Part shown: piece by piece, positions 8,728 through 16,979 of the stretch | How the letters are laid out: every line of letters begins with the position of its first letter | Numbering within the stretch: the first letter of the stretch is position 1 | DNA from: a virus | Strand: one strand, 5' to 3' | DNA: 64,000 bases | IMG/VR virus record: IMGVR_UViG_3300045242_000214 | Coordinates: 7,880-71,879 of that record | The notes under the pieces: generated by a model | Database searches by the model: none | Seen by the model: only the letters and a program-made list of their open reading frames with translations | Told to the model about the DNA's origin: nothing | Program-made: the position numbers and the translations under genes

Positions 8728-8955
8728 TCAGTTGTTCTGAATGCCTAGGAGGTCACGCTGAAGCGCACGGTGCTCAGCGACAGCCAGCGCGTGCAGTTCG
8801 GCGATCTCGTCCGCTGTTGCGCCCTGCACGATCGACACTTCCCACTGCGGGTCCTGTTTGGAATTCAACGAAACCTTGATCTTCGATACCTGCTCGATGA
8901 ACGGAGCATCAATGCCGCCACGCTGCGCGTTCTCAAGTCTCGGTTCGCCCTCCAT
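8728..8955 (-). CDS. hypothetical protein
   Basis: TGATG coupling to upstream gene. Confidence 0.55.
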   Translation of the reverse strand: MEGEPRLENAQRGGIDAPFIEQVSKIKVSLNSKQDPQWEVSIVQGATADEIAELHALAVAEHRALQRDLLGIQNN

Positions 8956-10331
8956 CACTGGCTCCTCTCTGCGACCCATTCGGCGTACACCTCGGGCTTG
9001 TGTGCCTTCGCAACCAGGATGAGCGCGTCGTGGAATCCCTGATCCTGCTTCTCCCATTGCTTGTTCAAAGCCCATCTGATCCAGGCGTTCGCTGATTCGC
9101 CGTGTGTTAGCAGCTTCGTCAGCGTCATTCCCTGGTAGGAGCCCATCGGCACCTTCACCTTCAGCATCTCGGGCAGGACGGTCTCCTCCTCATCGCTCAG
9201 CGCCAGCGGATCGTCGGGATCCTCGTACTCGCCCTCGAGCGCCGGCTCGGGAGCTAGGGCCAGAGGCGGCGGCTCCTCCACCACCGCCTCCGGCGTCTCT
9301 TCGGTCGACTCCGCGCTGTGGTCCGCGGAGGTCGCGGCGCCTGTTGGGGGGGTCTGTCCCGGCGTTTCGCGTTGTAGGACCGAAGTCTCAGGACCCTGAA
9401 TCTGTATCGGAGGCTTCGCAGCGTCAGGCTCCGCGTCCTCCTCGCGCTCGCGCACGACGACACCTTCCGTCAACTCGCGTGGCTGCGCATACAGCGACTC
9501 CGCCGCGGCCGAGGTCAGCTCGCGATGCTCCCGGAACCGCTCCAGCATCTCGTCCTCGGTCTCTGTCGGGATCAGGTCGAGCACATAGATGCGCGTCTTG
9601 ATCCGCTTCGGCTCCTCACCACGCTTCTGCACGACCGGCCGCGCAGACGCGGGCTTCACGATCAGCGTCGGTCGGAGCACGAACGAGGTGCGATGGCCAA
9701 ACGTGCCATAGAAGCCGCGCAGCTTGAACCAGAGCGTGTCCGTCGTCGCCTTCCCCTTCGACGTGATCTCGCAGTGCGACCCGTAGCCGAGCACGTTTGG
9801 GATCCCGAAGCGGAACGTCGTGTACAGGCCGAGTTGCAGGTCGCGTGCGTACTCGTCGAGCGGCTCGCCCGTGGTCGCGTCGAGGCCGGCGGTTTGCACC
9901 TCTTCGACGGAGCCGTCCTGACGCCAGATGGTCAGCGTGTCGGGGCCACCGACGTAGTCGTAGAGGGCGAAGTTCGTGTCGCCCTTCGCGGTCATCACGC
10001 CACCGCCGCCGTTCTCGCCACCACCGCCCGCGAACGCCTTGTAGCGAATGTCGAGAGCGTCACCGAACTCGCCGGGGAGACGAATCTCGATCGCCTTCGG
10101 CCTGTCGCCGTAGACCTCGCGGAACTTGGCGGCGGCGCGGGCAAACTCGTTATCGGGGCCGTCCTTCGCGATGAAGTAATCGGTCTTGGTCGGGGCGCCG
10201 CGCTTGTCGGGGTCGCGGAAGCCGATCGCGATCCGAAGCGCAGGCTTGACGCGGACCCCGATGACGCGAGCGCCAGCAGGACGATGCACCTGCTCGAGCG
10301 GGCCGTGCTGGAAAGGTTCGAGTTCGCTCAT
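8955..10331 (-). CDS. Gp3-like (recombination directionality factor-like) protein
   Basis: RIAIGFRDPDKRGAPTKTDYF...VYGDRPKAIEI N-terminus; acidic Pro-rich linker; C-terminal PMGSYQGMTL motif. Confidence 0.65.
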   Translation of the reverse strand: MSELEPFQHGPLEQVHRPAGARVIGVRVKPALRIAIGFRDPDKRGAPTKTDYFIAKDGPDNEFARAAAKFREVYGDRPKAIEIRLPGEFGDALDIRYKAFAGGGGENGGGGVMTAKGDTNFALYDYVGGPDTLTIWRQDGSVEEVQTAGLDATTGEPLDEYARDLQLGLYTTFRFGIPNVLGYGSHCEITSKGKATTDTLWFKLRGFYGTFGHRTSFVLRPTLIVKPASARPVVQKRGEEPKRIKTRIYVLDLIPTETEDEMLERFREHRELTSAAAESLYAQPRELTEGVVVREREEDAEPDAAKPPIQIQGPETSVLQRETPGQTPPTGAATSADHSAESTEETPEAVVEEPPPLALAPEPALEGEYEDPDDPLALSDEEETVLPEMLKVKVPMGSYQGMTLTKLLTHGESANAWIRWALNKQWEKQDQGFHDALILVAKAHKPEVYAEWVAERSQ

Positions 10332-10543
10332 GACGGTGTCCCTTCGGAGGAGAAGAAGAAGTCGAGGGGCTTCCCAGTGACCTCGCAGATCCGCTTCAGA
10401 TGGCGCGCGTTCGGTGTTCCGTGGCCGCTCTCATAGCGGCGAAGCGTCCGCATATTGATGCCGAGCCTCTCGGAAAAGTGAAGCTGATTCAGGCCCGTTG
10501 CGACGCGAGCCTCACGCAGCCTGCTAGCTGAGAAGTCCTCCAT
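10328..10543 (-). CDS. XRE-family HTH transcriptional regulator (Cro-like)
   Basis: LREARVATGLNQLHFSERLGINMRTLRRYESGHGTP. Confidence 0.9.
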   Translation of the reverse strand: MEDFSASRLREARVATGLNQLHFSERLGINMRTLRRYESGHGTPNARHLKRICEVTGKPLDFFFSSEGTPS

Positions 10544-10553
10544 ACCGACCGAC

Positions 10554-10582
10554 ACGATAGGACATCCGTGTCCGTCTGTCAA
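10554..10582 (-). promoter_or_regulatory. sigma70-type promoter for the XRE/recombination/terminase operon
   Basis: TTGACA-17 nt-TATCGT on minus strand. Confidence 0.7.
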
Positions 10583-10589
10583 GTAGCGG

Positions 10590-11081
10590 TCAGAGGCGTG
10601 CGACGCTGAGCCAGGTCGTCCGACCCGAGAAGCCGGGTTGCAGCCAGGACAACTTCAGGAAGCTCGGGTCTTCAGCGCTGCCGTGCGTGAACATGATCGG
10701 GTCGCCGTGCAGCGGGTCCTTCTGATGCACCTGGGCGGCGTGCTGCTGCGGAAGTGGCCGATCACTGTTGAAGATGGCGATCGCGCCGGGCAGAGCAAAC
10801 CTCGCGTCGAAGTAGTGCTTGGTGAGGTGGTTGAGCATCGTGTCGGTATTGCCCAGCGACCAGCTTCCGGTCGGTGACTTGACTCCCGCGATGTGACAGA
10901 TCAGCACCAGCGACTCGGAGCAATCCATCGAGAAGCCGGCGCTGATCTTTCGCATGAGTCCCGTGAGCGTGGAGACGTTCCGTGTCCCCATCGGTCGCAG
11001 CTGCGTGTAGCCGATCTGGGCCTTATGCGCGACCAGAAGCGCCTGCACCTTCTGGATCTGCTTGCGCTGCGCGAGGTTCAT
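10590..11081 (-). CDS. NlpC/P60-like cysteine peptidase (cell-wall hydrolase)
   Basis: YTQLRP, DCSES, GNTDTM, PGAIAIF, HAAQV, THGS. Confidence 0.7.
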   Translation of the reverse strand: MNLAQRKQIQKVQALLVAHKAQIGYTQLRPMGTRNVSTLTGLMRKISAGFSMDCSESLVLICHIAGVKSPTGSWSLGNTDTMLNHLTKHYFDARFALPGAIAIFNSDRPLPQQHAAQVHQKDPLHGDPIMFTHGSAEDPSFLKLSWLQPGFSGRTTWLSVARL

Positions 11082-11644
11082 GCCGCCGCCGGGAAGATAA
11101 TGTTGAGAATCGGATGGACCTCACAACCGTTCGGGGCGACGCCGGTCTGACCGTGTAGCCGGTCGAAGAAGCCGACACCCTGCACCGTGACAGGGACGGA
11201 CACCTTCGTGATCATCGGGACGCCCTCGGTGAGTGTCTCGGCCAGCGCCTTCAGAGCCGTCACCTGATTGCCGAACTGCGCGTTGAACGCATCCCTCGCT
11301 GACGTGATGGCGGGGAGCCAGATGCTCGACTGGCAGAAGTCCGGGTCGGGGATCTCGGCGATCATCGTGTTCGCACCGTCGGAGAGGACGAGGTGATAGT
11401 CGCCGTCCTGCTCGAGCTTGTACGCGATCAGGGTCGTGTCGAACTCGAACACGGTGAGCTCGGTCGGGTCGACGCGGTCGGGCACCGTGTCAGGATCCGG
11501 CGGCGGAGTGAGCGCGACGAGCATGGCGATCGAGCCGGTCACCGGGGTGAGGGAGACGTTCGCGGCCTCGGGGTCGGTGCCGGTCTTGACCGCCCAGCGC
11601 TCGACGCCCGGCTTGATGCCTACTGGCTCTTCCGGCGTGCTCAT
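11078..11644 (-). CDS. conserved hypothetical protein (ERWAVKT...GVGFFD..HGQTGVAPN..E.HP family, possibly OB-fold)
   Basis: recognisable motif set typical of soil-bacterial secreted proteins. Confidence 0.6.
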   Translation of the reverse strand: MSTPEEPVGIKPGVERWAVKTGTDPEAANVSLTPVTGSIAMLVALTPPPDPDTVPDRVDPTELTVFEFDTTLIAYKLEQDGDYHLVLSDGANTMIAEIPDPDFCQSSIWLPAITSARDAFNAQFGNQVTALKALAETLTEGVPMITKVSVPVTVQGVGFFDRLHGQTGVAPNGCEVHPILNIIFPAAA

Positions 11645-11826
11645 TTGCCTGGACGCTGCAATCGGCGCTCGTACTCGTCGAAGGTGTGGCCACCCCAGGA
11701 GCGAAGGCCTGCACGGCGGCGTCCTCGCCTGACGATGTCGCGGATTGTCGCGCCGAGGTAACCGCCTGCAACCGAAATCACGGCGATGATCGACCAGAAC
11801 AGTTCGGGGTGCTGCTCGAACGACAT
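11641..11826 (-). CDS. small membrane protein
   Basis: one TM helix plus basic tail. Confidence 0.55.
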   Translation of the reverse strand: MSFEQHPELFWSIIAVISVAGGYLGATIRDIVRRGRRRAGLRSWGGHTFDEYERRLQRPGK

Positions 11827-11838
11827 GCTTGCTCCTCT

Positions 11839-12060
11839 CTAGCAGTGAACATCTCCGTGGACTGTCGCGTGGCGCTTACAGCGTTTATGCGGCGTATTCT
11901 TGACCGGGACGGTGGCGGGGCGGTAGCAGCCGCGTTCGATGCAGTGCAGATGACGCAGCGCGAGCATGTAGGTCGGGATGACCCAGATCGCGGAAGCGAT
12001 GAGGTTGGTGAGAACGCTCCCGGTTGGCCAATCGAAGAGGTGCCAAAGGACTGCCGTCAC
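11839..12060 (-). CDS. membrane protein with C-terminal Cys/His cluster
   Basis: TM then HCIERGC...CKRH. Confidence 0.55.
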   Translation of the reverse strand: MTAVLWHLFDWPTGSVLTNLIASAIWVIPTYMLALRHLHCIERGCYRPATVPVKNTPHKRCKRHATVHGDVHC

Positions 12061-12302
12061 GCAGGGTCGTCCCGGTTGGTGACGTTGTCGAAGCCGTCCC
12101 AGAGCATCCGGCAAAGGCCGCGCAGCCCGTGGCGGCCGAAGAGGAGGAGAACGGTAGCGACCGCCGTCGCGAGCGCGGCGCCCTGGGTGGCACTGAGAGG
12201 GACGCCGGCGTAGGTGGTGATGACCCAGATGATGAAGACGGCGACGCCGCCGCCCGACCCGCCGAGCGTCGCGTTCGGATGTTGACGGGCCGGGCTCTGC
12301 AC
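12057..12302 (-). CDS. holin-like membrane protein
   Basis: 2 TM helices, located in lysis region. Confidence 0.55.
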   Translation of the reverse strand: MQSPARQHPNATLGGSGGGVAVFIIWVITTYAGVPLSATQGAALATAVATVLLLFGRHGLRGLCRMLWDGFDNVTNRDDPA

Positions 12303-12306
12303 GGCT

Positions 12307-12663
12307 CTAGGCCGACGTATTCCTGACCTGATAGACGGCGCCGAGCGCCACAAGCGCCGCGCTGATCGCGCCGATCAGCTCAGCCTGCGTGACGACGTTG
12401 TCGGCGTACGCCGTGATGAGCGCCGTGACGAACGCGCCGCCGCTGGCGATCACCGCCTTGATGATCCCGCCCGCGATACCGGGCACGTTCTCCGCCCACC
12501 AGGTGAGAGCACCCGATGCGAGGATCGCCCCAACCGCGGTCAGCCAGGTCTTCGTGTCGAGGTGCGAGAGATTCTGCTGCGGGCTCGTGCCCAGCGCGGT
12601 GACGAGCGCCGCGGCGACCGCGATCAGCGTCGCGATGACCGCCTTGGCGTACCTGCTGTTCAT
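12307..12663 (-). CDS. holin (internally duplicated 2-TM unit)
   Basis: KAVIA...A..TAL repeated twice; ends LGAVYQVRN as in actinophage holins. Confidence 0.7.
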   Translation of the reverse strand: MNSRYAKAVIATLIAVAAALVTALGTSPQQNLSHLDTKTWLTAVGAILASGALTWWAENVPGIAGGIIKAVIASGGAFVTALITAYADNVVTQAELIGAISAALVALGAVYQVRNTSA

Positions 12664-12678
12664 CCGTCCTCCTCCTAG

Positions 12679-13443
12679 CTAGGTAGTGAGATTGACGTGC
12701 CAGAAGTCGTTGCAGAAGTCGCCCGAGATCATGAACGCGGCCGGCGCCCAGAAATACCCGGAATCGCCCCAAGACGAGGACCAGCTGTTACGCACCTCAA
12801 AATAGAGGTGCCCGTTGATCTGCTTGTAGCCGACGACAACGGTCGCGTGGCCGCCCATCACTTGCTCGGTGTTGATGTTTGGCATCGGCATGATCCCGTC
12901 CGGGCCGATCGTCTCGAACGATTCGTAGACGACGAATCCGAATACGACGGGCCGCTTGAAGTAGACGGACGCCTGCAACGAGTGCGCAGACTGGGTGACG
13001 CGACCGTAGGTGGCCTCGTATTTGAGCGCGTCGCTGAACGCTTGGGCCGGAGGCTTCTGCTTGAACTTCGCGATGTCGTACGGCCAGTCCGTCTCGGGCG
13101 GTGAGCCGATGGTGGCGATCACCTTCATCCCGTCCCTGATCATGGCGCCGGAGTCCGCGTCGACCGTGCCTTCCATTGCGCGTTCCGCGTAATAGATGAA
13201 GAGGCGCGACGGCGTGTGGGTGCCTTCGGCCTCCTTCTGCTTCATCTGCTCGTACTGGACGCAGCCGCCGATCGCGTTCGCGGTGCAGGACCCGAGCTGG
13301 CCCTGGTCGTAGACGGGCGGCATCTTGGCCCTGAGCGAGAACTCGGATGGCAGGACGGTCGTCTGTTCCTCGCGGGTCAGGGCGAAGAGGTGATCGCGCG
13401 GGTCCGGTTGATCCTTACGCCAGCCGTACGCGTATTTGCTCAT
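12679..13443 (-). CDS. papain-like cysteine protease (C1 family)
   Basis: YGWRKDQPDPRD, DQGQLGSCTANA (Cys), GGHATVVVGY (His), VRNSWSSSWG (Asn). Confidence 0.9.
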   Translation of the reverse strand: MSKYAYGWRKDQPDPRDHLFALTREEQTTVLPSEFSLRAKMPPVYDQGQLGSCTANAIGGCVQYEQMKQKEAEGTHTPSRLFIYYAERAMEGTVDADSGAMIRDGMKVIATIGSPPETDWPYDIAKFKQKPPAQAFSDALKYEATYGRVTQSAHSLQASVYFKRPVVFGFVVYESFETIGPDGIMPMPNINTEQVMGGHATVVVGYKQINGHLYFEVRNSWSSSWGDSGYFWAPAAFMISGDFCNDFWHVNLTT

Positions 13444-13453
13444 CGGTCTCCTC

Positions 13454-13528
13454 TCATCGGCGGACGATAAAGATGATGAGGGCGACTATCGCGAGGACGG
13501 CGAGGATGATCCAGAGCGTTGAGCCCAC
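13454..13528 (-). CDS. 24-aa single-TM peptide (MGSTLWIILAVLAIVALIIFIVRR)
   Basis: GGGAG RBS, fully hydrophobic with RR end; too short for the ORF track. Confidence 0.6.
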   Translation of the reverse strand: MGSTLWIILAVLAIVALIIFIVRR

Positions 13529-13540
13529 GGTGTTCTCCCC

Positions 13541-14083
13541 TCATGGGGTGGTTGCGGTCGGGGTGGTAACCGTGACGGTAGGTATCGGCGTCGGCGACGT
13601 GCGATGGGCAGCGATGTAGGTGAGCAGGATGATGACGGCGACCACCAGCGCGATGACTGCGCTGGCGACTCTCGTACTGAGATCAACCTGGCTTCGCCTT
13701 TGTGTGCGCGTGTCCTGCTGGAACTCCTCGCGGGAGATCGAGGTGGTGCGGTCTTTGTCTACCTCCTTGCGCCATGATTCAAGGTTGGCCTGCTCGGCTT
13801 TCCGCTGTTCTTCATTGGCGTCATACGTGTCCTTCGAGATCGATGTCTCCTGGGCTGCCAAGATCCTCGCGTTCTCGTGGTTGAGGTTCTCGAGTCGCCG
13901 CTGGATCTCGAACCAGACGATGCTGCCGAGACCGATCAGCCAGTAGAAGCGCTCTCGGCCGTGCGAGCGGTCGCTGTCCATCAGGGCGTGGAAATACTCG
14001 CGGAGCGAGACATCCGTCGCTGATGATGTTCCCGCCGCAGAGTCGGTGCTGCGACTCGCCCCACCCCCTTGGTCGGCGTTCAC
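13541..14083 (-). CDS. membrane protein with coiled coil (lysis accessory)
   Basis: two TM segments flanking a charged helix; Thr/Pro tail. Confidence 0.6.
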   Translation of the reverse strand: MNADQGGGASRSTDSAAGTSSATDVSLREYFHALMDSDRSHGRERFYWLIGLGSIVWFEIQRRLENLNHENARILAAQETSISKDTYDANEEQRKAEQANLESWRKEVDKDRTTSISREEFQQDTRTQRRSQVDLSTRVASAVIALVVAVIILLTYIAAHRTSPTPIPTVTVTTPTATTP

Positions 14084-14592
14084 CGCGGCGGCCAGGGCTT
14101 GTGGAGGGACTTCGCGTACTGAGCGGCACGGGCGATGACCTGCTCGGCGTAACGCTCCGCAGCGGGACCAGAGCCATTGTAGGCGGCAACGCCGGCGTGA
14201 AGACCGTCGCGGCGGATGTTCTCGACGAGGTGCTCAAACCCGATCATCATGTTGTAGTACGGATTCCAGCAACCACCGAGCGCGTCCGCTTGGTCTTGCG
14301 TCGACCACCAGGTCAACTGGACCGGACCCACGCCCTGCATCAGCGTGTTGCCACTGCGCTGCCGTTCCGCTTTGTAGGCGTGATACTTCGTTTTGGTCAC
14401 AACGCCAGCGCCGATGAAGATTGTCGGATCGTGGCCGAATTCGTTCGTTCCACCGCCGCTCTCCTCCATGAGGAGCGAGCAAGCGAGCGCAAGATTGAGG
14501 CCGGTGCGGTGGGCGGCTCGAGCGGTGCGGTACGGCATCTTCATGCCGATGCGGCGCATGCGCCAGATCAGGAGGAGATTGACGGTTGGCAT
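14080..14592 (-). CDS. lysozyme-like / lytic transglycosylase endolysin
   Basis: LMEESGG (catalytic Glu), GVGPVQLT, AAYNGSG. Confidence 0.75.
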   Translation of the reverse strand: MPTVNLLLIWRMRRIGMKMPYRTARAAHRTGLNLALACSLLMEESGGGTNEFGHDPTIFIGAGVVTKTKYHAYKAERQRSGNTLMQGVGPVQLTWWSTQDQADALGGCWNPYYNMMIGFEHLVENIRRDGLHAGVAAYNGSGPAAERYAEQVIARAAQYAKSLHKPWPPR

Positions 14593-14626
14593 ACGCCCGG
14601 AGATTATCGTCTAAGAGACGAACTGA

Positions 14627-15283
14627 TTACGGCTCGTCGTACTCGATGATCGCCTCGCTGATCTGGAATCCGGGTGTGACGTCTAGCCGCAGGAAGAAGT
14701 AGCCGGGGCCGCCGTTGAGCAACGTACCCCCGCTGATGGACGTGGACCTCTGGAAGATGGTGCTCACGCCTGCACCTCCGTCGACTGCGTTGATCGCCCA
14801 ACCGACCCCGCTAGGACCGCCGCTGATCAGCGAGCAGAAATCCTGGATGCGACGCAGGTACGGCTCGAGTGCAGCACCGAGATTCCACGAGCTTTGCAGG
14901 ATCCAGTCGCCAGACGGTACGGAAGTGAGCCTTGTGTTGGTTGGGTACGCGCCGGCGATGTAGGCGGCGAGCGTGCCGCTGCCACCGCCGTCGATCCAGA
15001 GCGTGTAGTCACCGGGGCCACAGACGATCGGCCAGATCAGCTTGCCGGTGCCGCTGCCCGTATAGGCGAGCTTGAAGTTGTTGCGGCACGTCGAGTCGAT
15101 CGTCGTGTCCCAGTGGTCCGGTGGCGGGTCGGGAGACTGGCTCGAGAACGGCCCTTGGTTGCCGATGCCGCTGAGTGGCAGGAAGGTTGGGCCTACCGGC
15201 CACACCAGCGGCCAGCCGGGGATCGGGTCCTCGCCCCACGGCAGGTGCGTAGGCCCGTGATGGCCGATCGGCTGACGCGTCAT
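14627..15283 (-). CDS. putative minor tail protein
   Basis: HGPTHLPWGEDPIP N-terminal motif seen in tail accessory proteins; position after tail genes. Confidence 0.5.
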   Translation of the reverse strand: MTRQPIGHHGPTHLPWGEDPIPGWPLVWPVGPTFLPLSGIGNQGPFSSQSPDPPPDHWDTTIDSTCRNNFKLAYTGSGTGKLIWPIVCGPGDYTLWIDGGGSGTLAAYIAGAYPTNTRLTSVPSGDWILQSSWNLGAALEPYLRRIQDFCSLISGGPSGVGWAINAVDGGAGVSTIFQRSTSISGGTLLNGGPGYFFLRLDVTPGFQISEAIIEYDEP

Positions 15284-15289
15284 TGTTAG

Positions 15290-16732
15290 CTAGCTAGGGA
15301 TCGGCACTTTCTGGCCCGACGTGAAGGCCGTTGCCGGTGCAGCGAGATAGCGCGGGTCGGCGATCCCGGCCGCCCACGCCGCCAGCGCGGTTGAGTTGAT
15401 CTGGCCGGCGTTGTTGCCGATCTCGATGTAGTTGTTCTGGCTGAAGTTGCCGTCGGCGAACCAGCTGAACCACTTGACCTCCGGATGCGCCTTCAACCAG
15501 GCGAAGAACGCGGTGACCCAGGCCGCCTTGCCGCCGGTGTAGCTGGTGGGTGCTTTGCAGCCGGTCTCGCCGATCCCGATCGGGAGACCCGGAGCGAGCG
15601 CCTTGACCTTCGCGAGCGTCGTGTCGAAGATCACGTCCGGACTCTGGTTGGCCCCGAAGTTGTACGCGTCGAATCCGACCCAGTCGCAGTAGGAGGCGCC
15701 GGGGAACCAAGGGGTCGGGTCGGCGCCCATCTGGTTGCAGCACCAGTGGATGCTCACGTTGTTGGCGTGGGCGCGGACGATGTCGACGAGTTTCTTGAAG
15801 GCCGCGACGTAGGTGGCGACCGGCGTGCCGTTGGCGACCTGCCAGGACCAGTTCCCGTTCTGGTCACCGCTCCAGTTCCCGTTCATCTCCCAGAACGGCC
15901 TGAGCATGATCGGGTGCGCGAACGACGCCATCGCCGTCGCCATCGCCGCGAAGACACCACCCGGATCGGTGCCCGCGGCGAGGGACGCTATCTGCGCCGT
16001 CGTGGCGCCGAGGTCGTACTGGTTGAAGGCGCCGCGGCTCTGGCTCAGCGCCGCCGTAGACGCCGAGAAGCTCTGGCCGTGGTTTGTTCCGGCCCATTGC
16101 ACCGAGCAGACCTTTTTGCCTGCGTGCGCCTCGAAGCGATCCCAGGTGTTCGGTGATGGATTGGCCGCCGCCCAGGGGGCGTAGTTGGCGTTCGGGGCGC
16201 CGTAGTACGTCTGATAGACGATGCCGTTCATGCGGGCGCCCCAGTAGCAGCCGCTCACGGGAGAACTGGTCACGAAGATGCTTCTGCTGACGGTCGCGGT
16301 ACCGTCGGGACTCGTGCCGGTTACCAGCAGCGTCACCGTGTAGGTGCCCGTTCCGGCGTAGGTGTGGGAGGGGTTCTGTGTGGTCGAGGTGTTCCCATCG
16401 CCGAAGTCCCAGTGCCAGGCGGTGATAGGCCCGGACGGTCCGGGAGTCGAAGCGTCGGTGAAGCTGACTGTGAGTCCCGATGGAGAGTCGGTGAAGCTGG
16501 CGGTCAGAAGACCAAGATCGACGACGGTGATCGACCGCGAAATCGAGGCGGTCCCATCGCTTCCCGAGCCGGTCACTGTGAGCGTGACGGTGTAGGTGCC
16601 CGTCGCCGCATAGTCGTGCGTGGGATTCTGCGCCGCCGAGGTTCCGCCGTCCCCGAATGCCCAGGCCCATGCCGTGATCGGGCCTGACGGGCCGGGGGCT
16701 GATTGGTCGAAGAAAGCAACCGTGAAAGCCAT
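15290..16732 (-). CDS. two PKD domains plus glycoside hydrolase family 26 domain
   Basis: WAFGDG/WDFGDG...QNP.H.Y...GTYTVTL twice; MLRPFWEMNGNW, DWVGFDAYN, IGETG. Confidence 0.85.
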   Translation of the reverse strand: MAFTVAFFDQSAPGPSGPITAWAWAFGDGGTSAAQNPTHDYAATGTYTVTLTVTGSGSDGTASISRSITVVDLGLLTASFTDSPSGLTVSFTDASTPGPSGPITAWHWDFGDGNTSTTQNPSHTYAGTGTYTVTLLVTGTSPDGTATVSRSIFVTSSPVSGCYWGARMNGIVYQTYYGAPNANYAPWAAANPSPNTWDRFEAHAGKKVCSVQWAGTNHGQSFSASTAALSQSRGAFNQYDLGATTAQIASLAAGTDPGGVFAAMATAMASFAHPIMLRPFWEMNGNWSGDQNGNWSWQVANGTPVATYVAAFKKLVDIVRAHANNVSIHWCCNQMGADPTPWFPGASYCDWVGFDAYNFGANQSPDVIFDTTLAKVKALAPGLPIGIGETGCKAPTSYTGGKAAWVTAFFAWLKAHPEVKWFSWFADGNFSQNNYIEIGNNAGQINSTALAAWAAGIADPRYLAAPATAFTSGQKVPIPS

Positions 16733-16733
16733 G

Positions 16734-16970
16734 TCAGACCTGCCTATCGGTGAACTGCGCAACCGGCGCGTGAGGCACGACAAGCTGGCCGACTTCCGCC
16801 CTCGCGGCGGCTACCGCGGTCAGCGCCTGGAACCAGTAAGAGGTCGGCGGCCACTTAGTCGGATCGGACCCGTACTTCTTGACCATCGCCGGATAGGTCA
16901 AGGTCGTCTTCGCGAGCGCTGCGGTAGCAACGTCTAGCTTCGCTTGCACGTCTTGTGGTGTTGCGGCCAT
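16734..16970 (-). CDS. hypothetical protein ending in a PKD-like first strand
   Basis: GGAGG RBS; C-terminus APVAQFTDRQV. Confidence 0.6.
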   Translation of the reverse strand: MAATPQDVQAKLDVATAALAKTTLTYPAMVKKYGSDPTKWPPTSYWFQALTAVAAARAEVGQLVVPHAPVAQFTDRQV

Positions 16971-16979
16971 TTGTGCCTC

